From Bacilli bacterium (GTDB lineage: Bacteria; Bacillota_I; Bacilli_A; RF39; UBA660): a stretch of 64,000 bases of DNA. Below, piece by piece: positions 58,047 to 64,000 of the stretch. Positions within the stretch are counted from its first letter, which is position 1. Each line of letters begins with the position of its first letter. The stretch covers positions 205,591 through 269,590 of the forward strand of contig JAFQQQ010000002.1 of the NCBI GenBank assembly GCA_017410525.1, in the 5' to 3' direction. The notes beneath the pieces are model-generated. The model had not been told where the DNA came from and did not search any database. It saw only the letters and a program-made list of their open reading frames with translations. Both the position numbers and the translations under genes were made by a program.

Positions 58047-58445
58047 TTACTTCTCAATCAATTTTTCGGCAAAACTATGTAGCATTTCAAGGTTTATATC
58101 GCTTAAATTTTTTGCGATTTCAAATATGCTATATAAATTTGAATTTTTTCTGATAATGATGGCATCAACATTTTTTAAGTCATCTTCAGAAAATGTACTT
58201 CCAGTCTGGTTAAATATAGCTTCTTTTAATTGAAAAGAATCTCTAAAACCTAAACCTTTACTAATTTTTTTTAATGTTATACTGCTTATGTTACCGCTAT
58301 GCTTTTTAGACTCTAAATCATTAATTACCATTCTTGAAATTTCGCATTTATCTGCAAATTCTCTAGCACTCATCGTTGGATGAAATGATTTACGATAATT
58401 ATTAATGTAAGAGCCAAGTGCATCTACAAATGCTTTGTCTTCCAT
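58047..58445 (-). CDS. XRE-family HTH transcriptional regulator (repressor-like), divergently transcribed
   Basis: HTH_XRE core MSAREFADKCEISRMVINDLESKKH. Only gene on the minus strand in this block. Confidence 0.75.
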   Translation of the reverse strand: MEDKAFVDALGSYINNYRKSFHPTMSAREFADKCEISRMVINDLESKKHSGNISSITLKKISKGLGFRDSFQLKEAIFNQTGSTFSEDDLKNVDAIIIRKNSNLYSIFEIAKNLSDINLEMLHSFAEKLIEK

Positions 58446-58881
58446 ATCCTATCGCCTTTCTTTTGTTCTTTTACTACATTACCATTTTACACTTTTTTTG
58501 AATTTTTGTCCACATAACGCTATGAAATTCATTTTTAAAAAATTAAATTATGAAAATGGACATTTTTAATATTATTTGTTATGATAATAATGTAGTAAAT
58601 AGTCTTTAAAAAAATATGGGAGGATAGAAATGTTTAAATCAAAACTTGTGATGCTTTCATTTCTGACCAAAGAAAGGAGGAGCAAGATTGCAAGAGCAAG
58701 AAGGTTCTAATGTTGTTAAAAGCATCAAGATTGAAGTGATAAGTGGGGAAAAAAAAGGTGTAAACTTATTAACGCAGTTTAGTGAGGTAGAAACAATTAG
58801 AATATTAAAGCAGTGTCTTATATCGTTAGAAAGGGAGGCATCACAAAACCAGTAGTACCGATTAAGGAAGGAAAATGATAT

Positions 58882-59193
58882 ATGACTAAAGAAAGTAATG
58901 AAGTAGTATCAGAAGTAAATGCAGTAATTAGTAGTATTAGAAGTAAGGTTCAACAAGAAGAAAAAATTACAGTAGATGAAATTGATAATTTATCTACTAC
59001 TGTTAATCAACTAATCACTGATTATAGAACAGTATTAAATGACTATCTTGTAATGAACTCTTTAGCAGTAAAACATGATAAGTTTTTAGAAGTAATTGGT
59101 ATTATAGAATTTGCTTCTGCAAATGATGTTAGAATTTTAGATCAAACAATTAAATCCTTAGAAAAGGTTGTTAAAACAATAAAGCAGAGGTAA
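58882..59193 (+). CDS. Hypothetical 103-aa helical protein
   Basis: RBS AAGGAAGGAAAA. No motif recognised. Confidence 0.4.
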   Translation: MTKESNEVVSEVNAVISSIRSKVQQEEKITVDEIDNLSTTVNQLITDYRTVLNDYLVMNSLAVKHDKFLEVIGIIEFASANDVRILDQTIKSLEKVVKTIKQR

Positions 59194-59552
59194 ATAAAAT
59201 ATACTGTGTGGAAAAAAATTCTACACAGTTTTATTTTTGGATATTGACATTTATAAAAAAATAATGTATCCTTTTATTGTAAGTGGCAGTTCAAACTGAC
59301 ACAATAAAAGAAGGAGGGGATTGAAAAATTTGTAATAGGAGAGAGGTATAGAGTTTTTAATGAAGTATCCGAAAATCATGGAAACTATCTCACAATTATC
59401 AACATAAATAAAGACTTAATATATTATTTATTTGATGGTAGCGATCAGGTTCAATGTTTTTCAAGTAGTAGTGAATTTGCAGTTGACCTTATTAAGTTGG
59501 TCTAATTTTTTTAAAATAACTGTCAGTTTGAACTGACACGAAAGGAACTACG

Positions 59553-59813
59553 ATGAAAAAAATTAAGAAAGAAAGATCAGTACCAAAATGGGTTTTACGA
59601 AATCTACGATTGTATGGGAATTGTTGTTGTGGATACGATTTAATAAAAAAATATGGTGAAAAGAAATTATTAGAAAAATTAGTTAAATTTGGATTTGAAT
59701 GTAGTTTAAGAGTTGTACCAGATCCAGATGCAAGAACAAGAAGAAAAATGAAATATCCACCATCAGCTTACTATATTTTAGAAGTTGATAAGGTACTGAT
59801 TACTAACAAATAA
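59553..59813 (+). CDS. Hypothetical 86-aa protein (CCC motif); positional candidate antitoxin of downstream MazF
   Basis: Its stop abuts the TTG start of the toxin gene. No SpoVT/AbrB or RHH signature is recognisable. Confidence 0.35.
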   Translation: MKKIKKERSVPKWVLRNLRLYGNCCCGYDLIKKYGEKKLLEKLVKFGFECSLRVVPDPDARTRRKMKYPPSAYYILEVDKVLITNK

Positions 59814-60194
59814 TTGTTTTTATCAGTAAAGAAAGGTGAAGTTTATTTAATCGATTTGAAGGATACATATTCAAATGTCCAATGTGGGAAAAGACCTTGT
59901 TTAGTCATTCAAAACGATTATGGTAATGAATATTCACCGACAACAATAGTAGTTCCCATTACAACAAAAATTAAGAAGACTTATATGCCTGTTCATGTAG
60001 TTATTGAAAAGGGAAGTTATTCTAATAAGGATCGAGAAATGGTTTTATGTGAATGTATCTTAACAGTATCAAAAGATCAAATAATTAATCATTTAAGAAC
60101 TTTTGATGAAGATACGATGCAGAAAATTGATAAGGCTTTAGAAGTATCATTAGGAATTGGCGTGAAAGGGAGGAATCAAAAATTAAAAAGTTAA
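59814..60194 (+). CDS. MazF/PemK-family endoribonuclease toxin
   Basis: GEVYLIDL...GKRPCLVIQND...PTTIVVPITT follows the PemK/MazF pattern. Probable TTG start. Confidence 0.7.
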   Translation: MFLSVKKGEVYLIDLKDTYSNVQCGKRPCLVIQNDYGNEYSPTTIVVPITTKIKKTYMPVHVVIEKGSYSNKDREMVLCECILTVSKDQIINHLRTFDEDTMQKIDKALEVSLGIGVKGRNQKLKS

Positions 60195-60265
60195 AAGAGA
60201 CGTATAATGATATTTTTAGTAAAGGTATTGAAAATTATTGGAAGTCTGAAGGTTGTAATAGTAGG

Positions 60266-60832
60266 ATGCAAAAATACTTTAAATTTGCAAACTTACTAGA
60301 TAGTATTAATGTAGTTTTAAAATATATAATGATTATTTGTCTTAATATTATTGCAACAATGACAATTTTTAAACTATCTTCAGGAATTTATTTGACAGAA
60401 ATGGTTAAAGAAACAACAACTTTAACTGTAATGGATATTATTTTTCAACAAGGAGGCTTTATAGTTATTGGTTGTTTATATTTTGTTTTAGGGTTAAGAT
60501 ACGGAAAACGAAATAAAGACAGTTTTGGTAAGATAATGTATAAAGTTTTATATGGTATGCCAATGTATTATTTAATATATCTAAATATGTGTTTGATGGA
60601 TGGTTTAACAGGAATAATGATATTCTTAATTCTTTATTTAATTATTGTTAATATAAACTTTTTAATAAGTAAAAGAATAAAAGAGTTATATAATGTTGCA
60701 ACAGGTAATATTGGAACAGAAGAATATGAAAAAGAATTAGAAGAAGTAGATGTAGTATTTACAAAACAAGAAGTTGAAAATAAGGATAATAAAAAAGGAA
60801 GAGGAGATAAAAAATATGCAAGGAAGCGTTAA
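60266..60832 (+). CDS. Hypothetical integral membrane protein (4 TM) with acidic/basic C-tail
   Basis: Hydrophobicity pattern only. Confidence 0.4.
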   Translation: MQKYFKFANLLDSINVVLKYIMIICLNIIATMTIFKLSSGIYLTEMVKETTTLTVMDIIFQQGGFIVIGCLYFVLGLRYGKRNKDSFGKIMYKVLYGMPMYYLIYLNMCLMDGLTGIMIFLILYLIIVNINFLISKRIKELYNVATGNIGTEEYEKELEEVDVVFTKQEVENKDNKKGRGDKKYARKR

Positions 60833-61037
60833 ATGGTTTAGTGATAAATTAGGATATGGATTTATTGTTTGTGAAGATTTAGATGAGGAAGTATTTGTTC
60901 ATTTTAGCGAAATACAAATGGATGGATATAAGTCTTTAAAAGAAGGAGATATTGTAAGTTTTGATTATGACACAGAAGTTGGAAAAGCTAAAAATGTCAA
61001 TGTTATCAAAAATGAAAAGTTAGAAACTTCTAAGTAG
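60816..61037 (+). CDS. Cold-shock protein (CspA family)
   Basis: [18 protein letters not shown]...VFVHFSEI carries RNP1/RNP2 motifs. Start placed at MQGS after GGAGA. Confidence 0.85.
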   Translation: MQGSVKWFSDKLGYGFIVCEDLDEEVFVHFSEIQMDGYKSLKEGDIVSFDYDTEVGKAKNVNVIKNEKLETSK

Positions 61038-61507
61038 TGAATTTTATTGGTGCAGTAGTGCATTATTCCGTTGACTGTGTAGATGAATCTAAAACAGCAG
61101 AAAACGGAAGAGAAATTTGTAGTCAGTATAGACCACTTGTAGAAAAAAGAATTAAAAGATTATTAGCAACACCAATGAACTCTGCAAGTATTGTACTTTT
61201 TACATCTGGAAATAGAAGTAAAAATTCTTTTGAAGAAAAACTAATACAAAGAGTTGCTTGGAATGATGATCAGATAACTAATTTTATGAATAACATTTTG
61301 TTATTAGAACAATATGATAAAATGGCAGGTTTATATTTGAAACTTAAATATATTTATGATAAAACTGATAAACAAATTGCAAAAAAAATGAAAGTAACAG
61401 ATAGAACTTTAAGAACTTATAAAACAAGGGCGTATTTTCAAATTGCAGTGTGGTCTAATAAAGTTGAATATATTTATAACAAAACTTTTCATTTTAATAT
61501 TGATTGA
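61037..61507 (+). CDS. Sigma-70 region-4-like / ArpU-family transcriptional regulator
   Basis: C-terminal HTH KQIAKKMKVTDRTLRTYKTRAY, typical of ArpU/sigma-like late regulators of Firmicute mobile elements. Confidence 0.5.
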   Translation: MNFIGAVVHYSVDCVDESKTAENGREICSQYRPLVEKRIKRLLATPMNSASIVLFTSGNRSKNSFEEKLIQRVAWNDDQITNFMNNILLLEQYDKMAGLYLKLKYIYDKTDKQIAKKMKVTDRTLRTYKTRAYFQIAVWSNKVEYIYNKTFHFNID

Positions 61508-61563
61508 TATATTTGATGTGGAAATATCCACATCCTGCTACATACAAAGGAGTTGAATATTTT

Positions 61564-62712
61564 ATGAAAAAAAGAAATATTTTAATTATTAGTGCATTAA
61601 TAGTAGTATTAGTATCTATTGGTATATATTTATTTATACAACATACAAATAAAATAACTTTAAAGGAATCTAATTTTATTTTTGAACTTGGGGATAAAGT
61701 TCCTTTTGAAGTTGAATATTATTTAAAAGATAAGGATAAAGATAAAATATCAAATTCAAAAATAAGATTTGAAAATGATGCAATGTTTGATACTTCAAAC
61801 AATGAAATTAGAACAATAGATTCAAAGTTTTTAGATGTTGGAAAATATAAAATGTATATTGAGTATAAGGATACTAAGTATCACTTTAATATTAAAGTGA
61901 AAGATACAACAGCACCTAATTTTATTGATTTTATGGATGAAATTATATTAGAACAAAATGCTGTAAATGTAGATTTGTTAAAATATTATGAAGCATCTGA
62001 TTTAAGTAGTTTAACGATAAGCATTGAAAGTGATTATGATATTGAAAAAACTGGTGAATATAAAGCAATAATTAAATCTAAAGATGTTTATGATAATATA
62101 GTTACAAAAGATGCAACAATTAAAGTAATTTCTTATGATGATTTAAAAAATACAGAAGTAACGAAATGCTTAGATGGTACAATATTTAAAAGTGAAAAAA
62201 GAATTGAATCAGAAAAGAAAAAAATAGAAACTAATCAATCTAGTTCTAATAATAATACAACCCCTAAAATAGAAATAGTTGATAATAACAACAATAGTAA
62301 TAATTCAAAGAATGAATCAAATAACAATAGTTCTAGTTCATCATCTAATAATACTCCAACTATTGTTAATGCTACATATAGAACAGATATTTCAAATGAA
62401 ATAGTAAATAAGATAAATGAATATCGTAAAAATAATGGTCAAACTGTGTTACCTGTAACTTCTGAAGCACAAGCTGAAGCTGACAGGAGAGCAAAGGAAA
62501 TTGTATCAAATCCTACTCATGAAGGTTCTTCTTATGGTTTTGGGGAAAATATAGGTGGAGGAGGAATTGGTACTGATTTCTTCACATTATGGAAAGAAAG
62601 TTTTTCCCACAATAACGCAATGTTAAGAGAGCAAAATACAGCAATAGCAGTAAGTATATATCAATATAATAATCAATGGTATGCAGTTGCTGTTTTTAGA
62701 ATGAATTATTAA
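61564..62712 (+). CDS. Secreted/membrane-anchored protein with Asn/Ser-rich linker and C-terminal CAP (SCP/PR1, YkwD-like) domain
   Basis: N-terminal TM/signal sequence, a low-complexity N/S linker and a C-terminal HEGSSYGFGENIGGG...WYAVAVF CAP-domain signature. Start at MKKRNIL. Confidence 0.6.
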   Translation: MKKRNILIISALIVVLVSIGIYLFIQHTNKITLKESNFIFELGDKVPFEVEYYLKDKDKDKISNSKIRFENDAMFDTSNNEIRTIDSKFLDVGKYKMYIEYKDTKYHFNIKVKDTTAPNFIDFMDEIILEQNAVNVDLLKYYEASDLSSLTISIESDYDIEKTGEYKAIIKSKDVYDNIVTKDATIKVISYDDLKNTEVTKCLDGTIFKSEKRIESEKKKIETNQSSSNNNTTPKIEIVDNNNNSNNSKNESNNNSSSSSSNNTPTIVNATYRTDISNEIVNKINEYRKNNGQTVLPVTSEAQAEADRRAKEIVSNPTHEGSSYGFGENIGGGGIGTDFFTLWKESFSHNNAMLREQNTAIAVSIYQYNNQWYAVAVFRMNY

Positions 62713-62748
62713 AATTTCTCAATATGGGAAATTTTTTTATGCAAGAAA

Positions 62749-62768
62749 TTATGTGGAATTCCACATAA
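62749..62768. repeat. Perfect 20-bp palindrome TTATGTGGAA|TTCCACATAA, candidate recombinase core site
   Basis: Seen directly in the sequence. Further copies of TTATGT(G/A)GAAC are at 62775-85 and 62792-802, and an inverted copy at 62848-58. Confidence 0.5.
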
Positions 62769-62865
62769 TATTTTTTATGTAGAACTTTTAGTTATGTGGA
62801 ACTTTTATAAAAAACATCTTGTAATTAAGGCGTTTCTATTATAAAAAGTTCCACATAATTTTTTT

Positions 62866-63867
62866 CTATTTCATATTATTTTTCAACCAACTATCTAAAT
62901 TGTCTTTTTTAGTATTACTATATTTACTTTTAGTGTTTATCGTTTCTGAATTTCTAAGAATTTCTTGTCTTTGCTTTTTCGAATCTGGAGTTGCATATAT
63001 CTCTGTTGATGTTATTGAACTATGACCTAGAAATTCTTTAACATATAAAAGCGGAGTTCCATTATTATACAAATGTGTTGCTTTGGTATGTCTAAAACTA
63101 TGAGGATGATAATTTCCATTGAATTTATCTGGATATATTAAATTTAATTTTAAAACTATTTTTTTAATCATTTTATTAATACTATATCTTGAATATTTTT
63201 TCTTATAATTAGAATAAAATAAATAATCATCTCCATAGTTAATATAAAATTCTTTTAAATATTTATTGATTAACTTTACTAATTCTTGACTGATAGGTAC
63301 AATTCTAGTTTTATTACCTTTGCCATATAAAGTAATACTTGCATTATCAGATAAATTTAAGTCATCTAATTTAATATTTATTAATTCAGTTACTCTTGCC
63401 CCTGTTTCATAAAGTACACATATCATCGTTAATTTTTTTAAATCTTTGATACTGTTTAAATAATTTATCATTGTTTTTATTTCATTTTCTGTAAAATATG
63501 ATATCATTTTATTAGGAACCTTTTTATTCTTAATACTAAGAATTTGAGAACAAGATCCAAATAAATCAGGTTCGTTTATTTGGACATACTTGTAAAATGA
63601 TTTTATACAAGCAAGTCTTTGGTTCCTAGTTTGTATTGAAACAGTTCTATCTGTTTCTAACCAATCTAGAAATTGGATTATTACTTCCTTAGTAATTGAT
63701 TCAATTTCTATTTTATTTGGTTTAATATTTTTTTCTTTATTCATAAATTCTAACAACAAATAAAATGTAGTTGAATATGATGATTTAGTGTTCATTGAAT
63801 AATTACATTCACCAATTAAATAACTTGTAAGAAATTCTTGAACTAATTTACTAAATCTATTAGTCAC
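62866..63867 (-). CDS. Tyrosine-type site-specific recombinase/integrase
   Basis: The C-terminal catalytic region is HPHSFRHTKATHLYNNGTPLLYVKEFLGHSSITSTEIY (R..HxxR..Y). GTG start after GAGGGGGTGA. Confidence 0.85.
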   Translation of the reverse strand: MTNRFSKLVQEFLTSYLIGECNYSMNTKSSYSTTFYLLLEFMNKEKNIKPNKIEIESITKEVIIQFLDWLETDRTVSIQTRNQRLACIKSFYKYVQINEPDLFGSCSQILSIKNKKVPNKMISYFTENEIKTMINYLNSIKDLKKLTMICVLYETGARVTELINIKLDDLNLSDNASITLYGKGNKTRIVPISQELVKLINKYLKEFYINYGDDYLFYSNYKKKYSRYSINKMIKKIVLKLNLIYPDKFNGNYHPHSFRHTKATHLYNNGTPLLYVKEFLGHSSITSTEIYATPDSKKQRQEILRNSETINTKSKYSNTKKDNLDSWLKNNMK

Positions 63868-64000
63868 CTAAATCACCCCCTCATATAAACTTTTAGAAAA
63901 AGTATCATTAGCATCGATAATTTTATTTTTATTATAATCAGTAAAATGAAGATAGTATTCTGTTTCATGAATACTTTTATGTCCCATATATTTATAAAGA
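63868..64000 (-). CDS. Second tyrosine recombinase, C-terminal end only (gene continues beyond window)
   Basis: The reverse frame ends ..LYKYMGHKSIHETEYYLHF..., matching the LGH..(x)..T..Y C-terminal motif. Its stop overlaps the start region of the downstream integrase. Confidence 0.45.
   Translation of the reverse strand, partial: LYKYMGHKSIHETEYYLHFTDYNKNKIIDANDTFSKSLYEGVI

Larger units (their letters stand above)
55810..64000. mobile_element. Integrative mobile element (phage-satellite/IME-like); left boundary around 55.7-55.8 kb, extends beyond the window end
   Basis: A contiguous set of replication, partition, repressor, toxin and sigma-like genes ends in two tandem tyrosine recombinase genes, with palindromic core-site candidates at 62749-62858. 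Confidence 0.5.

Noticed and set aside
40081-64000. Idea that everything from tRNA-Glu to the integrases at 63 kb is one large island integrated at tRNA-Glu.
   Set aside because: The interval contains core genes (Ca-ATPase, galE, spoVA operon, ppdK, further tRNAs) with native-looking composition. The attR-like repeat is only 1.46 kb from attL.

Overview
This is an AT-rich (~28-30% GC) chromosomal segment, almost entirely coded on the + strand. The gene content indicates a low-GC, spore-forming Firmicute of the Clostridia type: cotE, two CotF-like genes, spoVAC-spoVAD-spoVAEb, yqeG-yqeH, rpsP-ylqC, ackA, ppdK, galE and miaB. Housekeeping blocks alternate with three accessory regions.

(1) At about 14.5-23.5 kb lies a tightly packed nine-ORF operon with one promoter and one terminator. 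It starts with a Cys-rich 48-codon ORF whose stop codon sits inside a terminator hairpin. Downstream are a truncated RelA/SpoT-homologue paralog, a degenerate class-II LysRS/EpmA-like ligase, two radical-SAM enzymes, a HAD protein, a SAM-methyltransferase, an S51 peptidase-like protein and a class-I lysyl-tRNA synthetase. Next come a GNAT, an HD hydrolase, an adenylate-forming ligase and a hybrid histidine-kinase/HPt phosphorelay. I consider this the most likely candidate for an undescribed system, either a RiPP-like or lysine/aminoacyl-derived biosynthetic pathway or a tRNA/protein-modification pathway.

(2) A tRNA cluster (Ile, Glu, Gln, Leu, Thr, Val) contains a ~1.46-kb islet without an integrase. 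The islet is bounded by a 17-bp direct repeat of the tRNA-Glu 3' end. It carries inverted tRNA-Glu pseudo-fragments, tandem TTTGGTCTTGT repeats and two small orphan ORFs.

(3) From about 55.8 kb to the window end there is an integrative element. It encodes an HTH protein, a ParB-like protein, a replication-initiator-like protein, a divergent XRE repressor, a MazF/PemK toxin, a cold-shock protein, a sigma/ArpU-like regulator, a secreted CAP-domain protein and two tandem tyrosine recombinases. Candidate core sites (palindromic TTATGTGGAA|TTCCACATAA) lie next to the integrase genes.

Other points of note are a six-gene nucleotide-sanitising cluster (Nudix, GNAT, Nudix, dNMP-nucleotidase, Maf, MazG-like), a RhuM-Doc/Fic fusion protein and a second, degenerate Fic-like protein next to cotE. 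No CRISPR array and no rRNA genes were seen.
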